From Octopus bimaculoides (lineage: Eukaryota): DNA of 64,000 nt. Below are positions 39,669 to 54,107 of this stretch, piece by piece (within the stretch, counting starts at the first letter, position 1; the number at the start of each line of letters is the position of its first letter). The position numbers were made by a program, and so were the translations under genes. Under the pieces are notes generated by a model, which was not told the origin of the DNA, made no database searches, and saw only the letters and a list, made by a program, of their open reading frames with translations. The DNA is taken from the NCBI RefSeq assembly GCF_001194135.2, contig NC_068992.1, positions 8,102,628-8,166,627 of the forward strand, in the 5' to 3' direction.

Positions 39669-39702
<34 letters not shown>

Positions 39703-39844
39703 CATACACACACACTCTATACATATATTAATGAATGTGGGCTATTTTTGTGTGTAGGTATGCATGACTTTTTGAATATAGATGTATGACAGTATGTGTA
39801 CACGTGTGTATGTGTGTGTGTGTGTGTGTGTATACATGTGTGTG

Positions 39845-39884
<40 letters not shown>

Positions 39885-40219
39885 AAATATATTTAGTCAT
39901 TCTTAATACGTTCTATCAAATTCAAATGTGAATACCTGATTATTTTTCAGTCCTATATTTAAGAGATGAGGAATTATGCACATTATTTACATTATTTACA
40001 TTTGACGGATATTTGTCCTTATCTTGTTTGTTGTTAACACAACGTTTCGGCTGATATATCCTCCAGCCTTCATCAGGTGTCTTGGGGAAATTTCGAACCT
40101 GAGTTCTCATTCCTAAGGTATTTTTCAATGTTATTATTATTATTATTATTACTATTATTCAGTGGTTAAGAGTGCGGGCTACAAGCCCCAAGATTCCGAG
40201 TTCGATTCCAAGCAGTGAT

Positions 40220-40255
<36 letters not shown>

Positions 40256-41713
40256 TATAATTATTATTATTATTATTATTATTATTATAACAACACCACC
40301 AAAAAATACCTGAGGAATGAGAACCCAGGTTCGAAATTTTCCCAAGACACCTGATGAAGGCTGGAGAGTATATCAACCGAAACGTTGTGTTAACAAACAA
40401 GATGAGGACAAATATCCATCAGATGTAAATAATGCTGATTATTTAGAAGATCTGTGTTCATCATGCAGGTTCCACTGATGTAATGTATGTTTGAGACACC
40501 GTAGTGTTTCTTCTACCCTGTTGTGTCTACTCACTCACAGCTACCTTGCTGAACTGATGAATCTGACAAGCGCACGAGCTCGTGTTTGCATGCTGATGTC
40601 TGCCAAATAGATGATAGTTAACGAGGTGAATGCAGAATAGTGAGAATCGAAACACTAATTTACCTGTTCGTTAGGGCCAGCAGGGGAGTTTCAACTGAGG
40701 AGACACACCATAAGGTTGAAAGAGCATGTCTCAAAGTCCCCTTACACCAGTAAACCGTGTGTGTTATGAACATACATTGCCTTAAGAAAGGAGGTGTTCT
40801 TTGTTGGATTATATATATACACACACACCTATGTATGTATAGAAACATACACATGCATTCATACATAGATTTAGGCAGATATAAACAATAGCTCAAAATA
40901 GTTTTATTGTGCGATTTTGCTGTTCATTTGGTTCCTTCTTGGTTAAAACTTGTATCTGATGAAGGTATGAAGTAGGGCTCAGTGAGACTGCTTTGGTGCT
41001 TCAGGACAATTAGAATTGCCTGACTATTTCATTTTTAATAACTTGGCTTTTTTCTCTTGGCTATTTTTCTTTGTTTTTACATACTTTTTGTTCTTTTTGG
41101 CTTTTTACTTTTCGTCTCAAATGGTAAGATCGTAAGAATATTAGAATTGGCACAAGTATGGACAAAACACTTTTACATCATGAGTTTGAATCCTTCCTAA
41201 GTTGGCTTTTACATTTTGTCCTTCCAGGATCAATGAAATAAAGTTCCAATTAAGTATTGGAGAGCAATCTTATTGACTTTCCCCATCTGCACCAAAACTA
41301 AGGCTTTATTTGAGTCCATGTTAGAAATTATTATCATTATTGTTGTTGTTATTATGGTGGTAAGCTGGAGGAATTGTTGTTAGCTTGTTGAGCAAAATGC
41401 CAAGCAGCATTTTGCTTATCTTTACGTTCTGAGTTCAAATGCTGCCAGGGTTGACTTCGCCTTTCATCCTTTTTTGGGGTTGATAAAATAAGTACCAGTT
41501 AAGCACTGGAGTTGATCTATTCAACTTTACTCCCCACCCCAAATTACTGGCTTTGTGCCAAAATTTGAAACCAGTGTTCTTATTATTTCAAATTCTGCTG
41601 AGATTGACTTAGCCTTTAGGGATTGATAAATTGAGAACCAGTCGAAAACTGAGGTTCAGGTAATCAACTAGACCCCTCTCCAAATTTCAGGCCTTCTAAC
41701 TATAGTGGAAAGG

Positions 41714-41749
<36 letters not shown>

Positions 41750-43633
41750 TTCCTTGTCATCAATGGTAAGATGGCTGTTTTATTATTTTTTTTTTAATTT
41801 TTATTTATCGATGCCAGCTGCTTGCAATAGGAACCAAGCATCGTATTGTGATTCTGGTTCCAAATATATTTTTAGCTTCTTGTTTATTTTGGATATTTAT
41901 TTTTTCGGCTTTGTTTCTTTTATTTTCTGAGACCTTTTTTTTTTTNNNNNNNNNNNNNNNNNNNNNNNNNNNNNNNNNNNNNNNNNNNNNNNNNNNNNNN
42001 NNNNNNNNNNNNNNNNNNNNNNNNNNNNNNNNNNNNNNNNNNNNNNNNNNNNNNNNNTCTCCCTCCACCACCACCACCACCACCACCATCACAGGATCCA
42101 CCCACTTGCTGTAGGATCCTCTCTTCCACTATGTAAATCCAGAAGATATTTGGTGGTACTCCAGCTGAAAATATATATAAATGAATAGATATTGCTTCAG
42201 CTTCAGCCTTACTTTCTCTTCATAATTCACTTTGCTTTAATTGTACAGCACTGGGAAATTGCAATGGAAGCAAATTTCGCTCGAGTTCTGTTAGCTTAGC
42301 TCTATTTTTGGTTGTTTTACGCATGGCTTTTGATTACATTTCAGTTTGCTAGCAGATTTATTTTCACTATATTTTACTGTTGTTTTTAATTACATTATAT
42401 ATGTGTTTATATACACATACACTCGTATATTTATTCACTTATACAGTTTGTCTGTGTGTATATATATATAATGCATTATTGGAAGCTTATATATTTGCAA
42501 TAATTATTATATAAATAACTATATTATATATAATTATATGTATGGGTATAGTGTTACATATTACTATAAACATAGTTTCTCCTAGAGATAATTATATAAA
42601 TAACTAGTGTGTGTGTGTGTGTGTATATATATATACATATATATNNNNNNNNNNCGGAACAGCCGGCTCATGAAATTAACGTGCAAGTGGCTGAGCACTC
42701 CACATTTTGAATGAGATGTCTCTTACTTGAAATGCAGATAAGAATTAGCAACAAGAGCATCCAATTACAAAACCCATGCTGGAATGGAAAAACAGCAGAT
42801 GTAAAAATTAGTAAACATCTTTTCTTTGTCTCTCTCCTTTATTCTTTTTATTAAATTTCTTTGAAGAAGCAAAATAGCTAATTTAGAAAATCTCAATAAG
42901 TGATGAAAGTAGTAACTATACTAAGAATTAATGTTTATCGCCACATCAATATGGCTGTTCAAGGATCTGGCGGAGAATCTGCCTGGGGTCAAAATGGTAG
43001 TAATGTTGAATGGCCATATTGGTGTGACAATAAACATTATTCCTTTGAAGAAAAAAAACTCAGTAATTATTTACTTTACTCTCCAAGTCAACTTGTCATC
43101 TTTCTGAAATCATGAAAATATACTCAAATTTTCTGATACAGGATTTAACCTAATCAGCTATAAGCTCTTGAAGCCAGTGCTCCATTATCGCAAGAGCCCA
43201 GTGTCTGTAACCAGTAACAACTGTTGTCTGGCAGACTATATGAATTTCTTGCAGTTCTATTTGTTTTCTCCAAAGCTTCAGGCCTTTGCTTCTGTGCCTA
43301 TGCCAAAAGCTGAGTATTCATCCTATTGTTTGCTGAAAAGTTTGTGATAGTTTGTCTTCTAACAGTGCTTGGTTTGTGAGATTTATTTCTTGGGAATAGC
43401 ATCATTTTTCTGATCTAGAATTTCACAAGCAAAAATGGAGAACTTTGCACACTGCTCAACTATATGCTAAAATAATGTGTGTGTGTGTGTGTGTGTGTAT
43501 ACACATACAATTCTAAAAGGAAAATTAGAGGGAAAGGAAACAAAGATAAAAATTCCACCATTGTATTTCAGATGCGATCTTAGGAAATCCTGATTAAATT
43601 AACACTTCAGAAAAAGCCAGTTTTGTAGTTGGA

Positions 43634-43669
<36 letters not shown>

Positions 43670-43798
43670 TGCTGCTTATATATGCAGTATAGATGTTGAC
43701 TACTAGAAATTGAAAATGGGTTAGTTTTTCCTTTTGTTTCTTTTCCTTTCCCCTTCAGCTTTGAAGATGAAAAAAAGGGAGAGGAAAGAGAGAGAGAG

Positions 43799-43829
<31 letters not shown>

Positions 43830-44181
43830 AAGAAAAGACTTCATGCAGGATTGTAAGCTGTTCAAAGCAATGATGATTTATCCATTCTGGTGATGTTTGA
43901 CTGTTACAGGTGGAATGGCAACTTAGTTAGGGATTTATTTAGCCTATAATTGTTTCTCCTTCTCCATATTCATCGAGCTCTAATCTGGAGTTCTGTGTAA
44001 TTGGAGGATTTCATGGAAATTTCTTTTTTAAGACCAGTCTTAGACTGATTCACCTACTAATCATTATTTAATAGTTCACATGAGATATACCAGTGTGTGT
44101 GTGTGTGTGTGTGTATCATTATTATATATATACATACACATGTATATGTATGTGTGTATGAAAATACACTGAAAGAAGCCC

Positions 44182-44226
<45 letters not shown>

Positions 44227-44291
44227 CATTATTATATATATACATACACATGTATATGTATGTGTGTATGAAAATACACTGAAAGAAGCCC

Positions 44292-44335
<44 letters not shown>

Positions 44336-45614
44336 GAAAGGTAGATGCATGTATGTGTTCATGTGTTCATGTTACTATCTCCTTTGCTGTGATTTTGCAT
44401 GATGTCTGATCATCATTATCGTTTAACATCCATTTTCCTTGCTGGCATGAGTTAGATGGTTTGACCAGTGCTGGAGGGCTATACCAGTCTCTTTTGGCTT
44501 GTTTCTATGGCTGGATGCTCTTCTTAATGCCAATTTTTCATGGAGAAATACTACCTTGCTTGGAAACTGGTGAGGATTGATGGTAGGATGGGCATCCAGC
44601 TGTAGGAAATCCACCTTAACAAAATTCTGTCCAACCCATGCATGTATGGAAAAGTGGACATTGCACTGATGATTGTGTGTCTTTGTGTGTCTTTGTCTTG
44701 ATACCTCGTGCTAATTAACAAACATGATTATTATTATTATTATTGTAAAAGGCAGCGAGCTGACAGAATTGTTAGTGCATTGAACACAATGTTCAGCAGC
44801 ATTTCTTCCAATCGTGTTCTCATTTCTAATTCCACCAAAGTTGACTTTTCCTTTTATCCTGTTAAGGTCAGTAAAATAAGTACAATTTGAGCCTAGGGTT
44901 GAAGTAATCAGTTATCCCATCTTCTAAAATTGCTGGTCTTATGCCGAGATTCGAAGCCATTATTATCATTATTACTATCTTAGGTAGTGAACTAGCAGAA
45001 TCGTTAGTGTGTCAGGTAAAATACTTGCAGAATTTCTTCCAGCTCTTTAACATTCTGAGTTCAAATCCACCAAGGTCAACTTTACCTTTCATCTTTTCAG
45101 GGCTCAATAAATAAAGTATGGATTCAGTAGTGGGGGTCATTGCAATTGATTTACCCACTCCCTCTAAAATCACTAGCCTTCTTACAAAATTTGGAAGAAT
45201 TATTGTTATCTTCTCTAACACTGAGTTTTACCATCTTCATCATTATTATAGATAACCTCAACTTGATGAAATAAGATTGCTTGTCTAATTAATTACGAGA
45301 CTATGGAGCAGTCAATCTATAAATGGACCTCTGTGTTAGTGGTTTCACAAAACCCTTTTTTTTTCTGTCCTTTAAGGGATGCCACAGTTAAATTAAATCC
45401 CCCATTCCTGCATGTTAGTCAGCACTTGTTGCATGAATAGCTCGGTCTTTCCTTTAGATTCTTTAGGATGTTTTTTTTAAAAATATTTTTATTTTGTTTC
45501 AATACCACCACTGCTACCACCACCACACATTTTCCACTCTCACCAAACTGTCATTAACAACTGCTTTCAGCTTTATATATTACTATATTACTGTTGTTGT
45601 TGAAGCTATTATTA

Positions 45615-45654
<40 letters not shown>

Positions 45655-48600
45655 CATTATGTTGAAATTAAAGAAATTATTGCCTCCAGGACCAACTTTT
45701 CCTTTTGTCTTTGCATTTGAAGCCAGCAATCAACTGGTCCTTGTCAACTGTTTTTATATATTTACAGCTTCACATAAGATAAAATTAAGTTCTTGTCAAG
45801 TACTGGAGTTGGTCTAATCAGCTCTACCTTCTAATATTTGTGGCAAATTTGTTAGAAATCACTATTAGTTCAGTTCCAAAATTTACACCTAATTTAACTT
45901 TGTCATTTATCCATTCCTGCACAGTAAAATGAAGTACCACCTTGAATTAACTACTCTCTTTCTCCCCATAATTGTGGTCTTGGGCCTATGTTAAAAGTCA
46001 TTGGTATGGTACAATCTGGAGAATGCCAGATTTAATTTAATGATTTATAGTGTTTTATTTTTTGTTTTACCATTCTTATCTAAAACAGCCACAGTTTAAT
46101 TTGTCATCTTTCTCGGGTTCATAAGTACTTGTAATACACTGGGGGAATGTATTAGCTGTATCTCTTCCCCACTGCCAAAAGTGATCTTGTATCAAATAAG
46201 AAAAATAAAAAGGTCAGTGTTGTTGTTGTTGGTAATGGATTGGCAGAATTATAATGTTGTTAGATAATATGCCTTATAGTATTATTAAGTGCATATTCCA
46301 CCAGGTTTCTGTGTAGGATCACTAAACTGATTAAAAGTCAAATAGTAGGCTCAATTTACTACCCTTCCTCCACAAAGCAATAATTGGTACTTTGGGGCTG
46401 AATAAAAATCTGTGTTGACTGCCTTTCAACCTTGTAGGTTCGTGCAATAATTAACAGAGAAATGATGGCAGTTCTTAATACCCAAAGATCATGAAGAAGA
46501 GTGGCAAACCTTTAAGCAGTAAGCCAATCCTTGAACAACTGGCTCTGGCATACTTGGGGGTGTCGAGATGATGACTCTTTCTTATCTGCCACTGTTTTTC
46601 TGGCCTTCTCAAAATTGTAGTGATCTTGATGCAATTTTGCCACACCTCCCTCACACCCTGTGGGATCTATGCCTGGGTGAGCTGGAATTTCAGCCGGTCT
46701 TTCTACAGGAAACAGGTCAAGCTGCTGGAACACTTCCACTAGAGATACCTTTGCTCCATCATGGCCATCTCATAGAAGGAACATATCACTAAAAATATAG
46801 CATGAAAATACTGAGGTTAATCTATCTAATCAACTCTATCCACCTCTAAAATTTGTGGCTTTGGGCTACCAACCTTAGAAATTATTATTGCTTCATTATT
46901 TCTGTAGTATTTTCTCTTTGTAATTTTATACTAGAATTGTAAGGATGATTTGAATTTTTTTTACTTTTGTTCTTGATATTTTTACTTTTCAGTTTCCAAT
47001 ATTTCAGATGCCATTAGTACTGAGAGTAATAGATTATTTAATGTGTATTTTGTATTTCATATTCGCAAATACAGTTCTTGCTTGGTTTGTATTGCAGTTG
47101 AATCAACTATTTCTTTACCTCTCAGAAAAATCGTCCCTATCCCAAGAATGAAAAAAAATGCTGAATTCTATATTTTTATTATTAGACTATTGACAAGGAC
47201 AGTAACTGGCAGAATTGCTTGGCAGCATTTCTTCTGGCTTTTTATGTTCTGGATCCTATAAAGGAGCTGTTGTGGTAGCAGACCACGAAACATGGTTGAA
47301 ATTCCTGTTGTTGTTGTTTAGCCCCAGGCTATAAGTACTAGCCTTTCTGCCTGGAAATATAGAAGAGAAACTAGGCAATGGGTCCACTACTTTTTCTGAT
47401 CTTTGCTGATGTGACCCCTACTGCTCAAAAGACCTTGCAAACTTCACTGTTCTATAACTACTGTGCTTGCTTGAAAGAAATGAACCTCCGGTCACCCTGG
47501 ACACTTATGACCAAAAATATTCCAGTTACAATCATCCTGGCCTTTTTTTTTTTTACAAGTATAATGTATCAAGGGTTACTTTGTCCAATGTGTACTTTTT
47601 TTGCAGACAGTTGAGAGTGGCTAGAGGGAGTTTGGCTGTTATTTCTTAGATGTGAAGCAAACTATGTAGAGATTCCTACGTTACCTTGTTTAGTGTTTCT
47701 CATTGAATGTAATGAATGATCTCGGCTGTTTACTGACCATTAACTTTATTTACAATGTCTTTTTTTTCTTTTTCTGTTCTGTGATTTATTGCTACAATTA
47801 TTTATGATGATGATGATGATAATAATAACAACAATAATAATAATAATAATAATAATAATGATGATGGTGGTGATGATAACGATCTTAGCAGGAGTGCTTG
47901 AAGCATAAAATATAAAGTTTAATTTGCTAATGAATATTTTCTCCCTGACACACACACACACACTCTCCCCTATCTCCCCCCTCTCCCCTATCTCCCCCTT
48001 CTCCCCCGCTCTTGGAAGATTTGCAGTTATTTGTTTATTGTTTATTATTAGTTTGAATTTTTTTGCCTTTTGTAATGAAAGTCTGTTCAATAAGATTTGA
48101 TTTTTGTGTGTGCGTCTGTCTGTCTGTCTCTCTTCCTTTCTTCATAATTTTACCAAAGGATTTAAAGGGTAAATATTGTTCTTTTTATTTATGGAGAAAT
48201 GTTTAATATTTACAATTGAGAGAAAATGGATATTTTTAACTAATTGCTTTCTCTCTGCTGTATGGTAGAGAGATAGCACCTGAGCCAGCCAGGCTGACTA
48301 ACTGGATGGTTCAAGTGAGGGAGAGATTCTGCTCCCAATGAGCATGACCTAATGATGACCCTGACTAAGATTAAATAGATGACCTTTGACATTGTATGGT
48401 CTACTTTCAATGGAAGCCGTGAGTTAACAAATGTAATTTCTGCATTTCTGCGAAGGTTTTCTTCTTGCACATTACGTAACATAGCAAATGATAATGGTAA
48501 TAACATTTCACAGCAAATCTTATATATACACATACATACATACATACATACATACATGTATGTATGTGTATATATATATAGATATGTGTGTGTGTGTGTA

Positions 48601-49251
48601 TTTTCATATGCATACATACTTTCATATATGTTGTCTCTGCTTGAGAAAAAGAGAAACAGAAGGTATGGACTATCTAAATCACTATTACTGTTTCTACAAC
48701 TTAAATTTGTATAGAAAATATTTTGCTTGCATTAAACCACTTAAAGGTTTACTTTCAATGCTGCAGTTATTTATGAAGTCAATTACGACTGAAGTTTCGA
48801 GTAAAGTTCGTCCATGATTGAAACACTCAAACCTTTATCAGCAGCGTTCTCGGACTATTTCATTAAAATCTATGGCTTGGTTTGCATCTCTCAAGTTCAA
48901 TTATGAATCCCAATCTTCTGTGTTGTTGACAGCTCTTGAAAGACTAATTATTATCATCACCAAGCCTGCCATTATCTGCTGTCTTTGTTATTACTGTTCT
49001 TAGTCAGTTAGACGTTGGCCATGCTGGAGCACCAGTTTCCAGTGTTTTAGTGCAATGGTTCACAAGCTTTTTTTTGCACCATAGACCTGTTTTATGCTAG
49101 ACGGTTTTTTTTTCGGTGGGTTAAGGAATCCTGCTCATAACGAAATGCAATAAAGTGCATATTTTTTTTTTACTACTTTTTTCAGTTATTTGACTGTGGT
49201 CATCGTGGAGCACCACCTTAAGGGGTTTTAGTTGTACAAATCAACCCCAGG

Positions 49252-49298
<47 letters not shown>

Positions 49299-51546
49299 NN
49301 NNNNNNNNNNNNNNNNNNNNNNNNNNNNNNNNNNNNNNNNNNNNNNNNNNNNNNNNNNNNNNNNNNNNNNNNNNNNNNNNNNNNNNNNNNNNNNNNNNNN
49401 NNNNNNNNNNNNNNNNNNNNNNNNNNNNNNNNNNNNNNNNNNNNNNNNNNNNNNNNNNNNNNNNNNNNNNNNNNNNNNNNNNNNNNNNNNNNNNNNNNNN
49501 NNNNNNNNNNNNNNNNNNNNNNNNNNNNNNNNNNNNNNNNNNNNNNNNNNNNNNNNNNNNNNNNTATATGATGGGTTTCTTTCGGTTTCTGTCTACCAAA
49601 TCCACTCACAAGGCTTTGGTTGACCCGAGACTATAGTAGACACTTTTCCATGGTGTCACGCAGTGTGACTGAACCTGGAACCAAATGATTGGAAAGCAAG
49701 TTTTTTACTATACAGCCATACCTGTGCCTAATGTATAATTTAATTATTACATATATATTACATAATGCATAAACACTCTGCAGACTGTGATAGTTAAATA
49801 AATAGGAATAGAATTTAGAAACCTATTCTTTTTCTGTGGAGTTTGGTAGCAAATGATCCACAGCCCCAGGACTGGTCTACAACCTGGTGGTCGATGACCC
49901 CGATTTTAGTCAATTTAATTTGCCCAGGTATGATGTAGATATTTCGTCGACCTTGTAAGATTAAAAAAAACAAATAGCAGATTGGAAGTCTGATCTGGCA
50001 TAAAGTCTTTGCAATCACCAGAGAAGATTGTGATAAAGCAGGTCTTGTTGTTAGATATGCCAATTCTCTTATTCCATGCTGATATATTAATTAATATGTC
50101 AAAAATACCTGCATTATCTTAATCTTTTCAGATTGCATCTCTCTGCTCAGATCAACTTTCCATATTATTTTGCCTCACATGGTTAAAATAAATGTCTAAT
50201 AGGATAGTGCTGGGACACTACTTTTTAATGTATATAGGTGTATATATGTCTGTGTGTATAAATGTGAAGGCATGTGTATGTGTGTGCATGAGTATACATT
50301 ATTGCAATTACTGATTGTGTTACGCAATAGTAATATTTACGAAATTCACAGCAAGCAAAGTTACAAAGCAAGCAAATCTTTTCGACGGCGACATACTAAC
50401 CCTTTAGTTGGTACTTTCACTTGTTTGTAAATTCAAATGTGTGTGTACACACACATGCACATGTGCAGATACATGTACACCTTGTGAGAATGTGCTCAGT
50501 AAAGTTTGTAAAATAAGTTTAAAACTTTAATTATTGCTGTGATGAGAAATAATAAAAGCAAATAAATGGTTCAATGATGGGTTGTTCCAAGAACGGTAGT
50601 TCCAATCAGTAGTTCCAAGAACGGTAATGCTGTTTTCTTGTAACTGTGTGGTGATGGTCGTGTCTGGTCAGACCTTGGTATTTGGTTGTTCATGATTGTT
50701 TTTTTTAGCTCCTGGTCAGCTCTGTGCCCAGCCTCAGCAGACCAACCATGTCCATTTTATCATTCTCATGGCATTGCTTTTCTGGTTATAATTTGAGTGT
50801 GGTATGGATGCTGTTCTTAACAAGTTGACCACCCAGAGGTTCTCTCACTGATGGTTTATATGGTCATCTTTCCTTAGAGTGTTTTCTCTTATATCCATCT
50901 TGGTAGTTTGGAATTCAGAACGGTGATTCCATTTGCTTGGAGAAGTAAAAATTTCTTTGCAATTGTGGTTTTGTGTGGTCTTAACTTTGTAATGATAGTA
51001 GTGAGGCTAAGAGACTGGGATACTGACCACATAGTTATGTGTTCAAATCTTACACCATATTGTGTTGCTTCTAATCAAGGTTCAGTCTGCCTGGTTGATA
51101 CGAGGTTCCACTTTCATGTCTATCAGTAAGAACATCCAGTAGTAAGATATCCATTCTGCTTTTTACTTGGCACCAGCAACAGTGAGGTCACCAAGTTACT
51201 TGCAAGACTATCCCCCCTCCCCTGGTTGAGGTGGTAGTAGTGTTGAGGGAGGTGGTACCTTTATGTCAGGAGAGGAGAGGTTTGAATATGAATAGTGGGA
51301 TAGAAATAGGTGTCTTGCAATAGAGAAGAAATAGGGCTGCCTCAGTTGGAGAGAGAAAAAGGGAGAGAGAGAAGATGGTGATGCAATATGAAAAGAATAC
51401 ACGAGAGCAAGGATTCCTGTCGGAAACATTAGAATTCCTTGCTCGGCATCTCATGGTAAAGCAGAGGGTATGATGATGAAGATGACAGCAGTGGCAGTTT
51501 TCTGTATGTGTGTTTGTGAAGCGAATTGATTCCAATACATTACTGG

Positions 51547-51644
<98 letters not shown>

Positions 51645-54060
51645 TAACGAAACAGTGTCTATAATATTTATATCCTTTCTTGGAAAATTTGCTAATGTCT
51701 TGTAAATAAATGGAAAATAAGATGCAGTCAGTTCTATGTGTTGGGTGAGGCTGTGACCCGGCGATAGGTGTGTCATCATTTTCTCTGAGGTTGTTGAAGT
51801 AATTAGATATAAAAAAAATACAAAATGGTTAATTCACATTAACTATTATATCCCCCCCCCCTACACACAAAACCCAAAATTGCTTTGTCAAAATCAAGTA
51901 AATTCAATTGTTATGGAAACCCCTGTTTGATCTCTCTATCACACATTCCTCTCTCCTCCTCTGATTCTCTGACTATTTCCATCTCTATCACTGCAATATT
52001 TACGCAGCAGTTTATTTATAGATATTTCTAGTCTCCTCTACTGTTAGTTGCTAGGTGGAAGAAGAGATAATCAATCGTTCAGCTTGTTTTCTATTCATTC
52101 TAAACTCTTTAAACTCTGGATCCATCCACAAAAGCAGTGTCTTTTGTGTCTATTTTTGGCACATGCACACACAAATCCATAAATTTATGGATTAGGCAAG
52201 TCCATTTGTGAGTGTATGCAGCAGTATTTTGCAGGATGCACTATTATTGCAGGATGCACAAGCATTGCAGAACGCACTAGACATAAAAATTGTTGACATA
52301 CAGAGTTACTACAATCTGAAATCTTATTGTCTTTAATTAAGATGTTATTGAAAGCATTTGGCTGCTATTTTTAGCAGGTCAAGCAATCATGTAGAGGTTC
52401 CCTTATTTACTCATTCTAAAAATATTTTATATAGCAAAGCCAGTTTTTTCAGTTTATTATTTCGGTATTAAAAACGGCACCCTACTGTGACTAAAGTTCA
52501 GATTTAGATTGTGCCGCATCACTGATTTCGCCTGACTAGTCATTCCGGCACTACTCCGATTTCAAGGTTGGCCATCTAACAGCTGGAAGAGCATGCATTT
52601 GTAAAAGTGTTTTTCCCCCAATGCTGCCCTAACCTATTCCATTCATGCAAACATGGACGAACGGAAATAAAAGAAAATAGCTGAAGAAAATCATTGTCCA
52701 GTCATTGCTGCCTTGACAAAAAAAAAAAAAAAAAAAAAAAAAAGAAAGAGTGCAGATGTTGCTGTGTCGTAAGAAGCTTGCTTTCCATCCATGTGGTTCC
52801 TAGTTCAATCTCACTCCCTCCCCCAAACTCACTGCCCTTGTGCCTATGTTAAAAGCATCATCATTATCGTTTAACGTCCACTTTTCATGCTGGCATGGGT
52901 TAGACAGTTTGACTGAGGACTGGAGAGCCAGGAGGCTGCACCGGGCTCTAATCTGATCTGGCAAGGTTTCTACAGCTGGATGCCCTTCCTGATGCCAACC
53001 ATTCTGAGAGTGTAGTGGGTGCTTTTTATGTGCCTCTACAAGAATGGATTGTTATTACTTAGAATTTCCATAATTATTGTAAAAAAAAATTTTTTTTAAT
53101 TGCAACAGACATGCTGATTACCATTTTTTACTGCAAATATTTTGTAATGGTTTAGTGATGAACTAACAAAATCAGTAGAACAATTAACAAAATTCCATGC
53201 CATATTTGGTAATGTCCATNNNNNNNNNNNNNNNNNNNNNNNNNNNNNNNNNNNNNNNNNNNNNNNNNNNNNNNNNNNNNNNNNNNNNNNNNNNNNNNNN
53301 NNNNNNNNNNNNNNNNNNNNNNNNNNNNNNNNNNNNNNNNNNNNNNNNNNNNNATACCAGTCAAATATCGTATAGGGCCAATGCCATTGACTGTTTCCTC
53401 CTCCCTAATTGGAAATCAATATTTTTTCATAGTGATTTAGAACAACACTACTTGTACAGTCATGTGATTCTTCAGAATTCTTATTGGTACTTTTGCAAAA
53501 TAGAAAAAAAAAAAAGAATGTATCTTCTTGATTGAATTTTGGTTGGCAGATGAAGGGTGGGGAGGAGAGAAAGATGCCATGTAATTGGATAATTAAATTT
53601 CTTAAAATTTATCATGTCGAGTTTTTAAAATTTTTTTATAGTGAATCTTTCAAAATATCTCATGAAGGGTTTCTTCCCAAATAAATTCTATTCTAGATAT
53701 TTTAAAAAGACTCATTAGGAAAACTCTGAAATTTGTTATTGACTGTTGAAGTCTACTTCAAGTTATTCTTGTATGAATTGGAGAAGGAATTAAGAGTGTA
53801 ATTCTTTCATTTTGCAATAATTACATGTTCAGTTATGTACCTTTATGTTCTGACTTTCCATGCTTTCCACTGAGGTCAACCATTGCCTTTCATCCTTCTT
53901 GGTTTGATAAAATGAAATAGCAGTTAAAAAAATTATTGATTTCATTTCTCCCAAATTTCTAGTTTTGTATCTGACCTAGAAGTTATTCAAAAAGTTAAAA
54001 CGTATACATATAACATGTATGTATGTATGTATGTATGTATGTATGTATGTGTGTATGTAT

Positions 54061-54107
<47 letters not shown>

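Larger units (their letters stand above)
39948..40434. mobile_element. Inverted pair of non-autonomous elements: tRNA-like head + (AAT)n + hammerhead-bearing Penelope-like tail
   Basis: Arms 39990-40125 and 40302-40434 are reverse complements (about 9 substitutions plus a 3-nt indel by eye). The spacer holds an A/B-box-like head at 40161-40222 (TGGTTAAGAG...GAGTTCGATTCC) and (TAT)n/(AAT)n tracts. Confidence 0.65.

Noticed and set aside
47261-47300. GTGG-loop-CCAC-GAAA-CATG, hammerhead-like 3' half
   Set aside because: No CUGANGA-type 5' core, U16.1 is absent and there is no stem I; at best a decayed relic.
50394-50400. Perfect TACTAAC branch-point motif
   Set aside because: The next AG is only 7 nt away, with no plausible exon or donor after it.
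52502-52566. CpG-rich segment bounded by AG and GT
   Set aside because: Stops in all three frames and no recognisable RNA fold; possibly a TE fragment.
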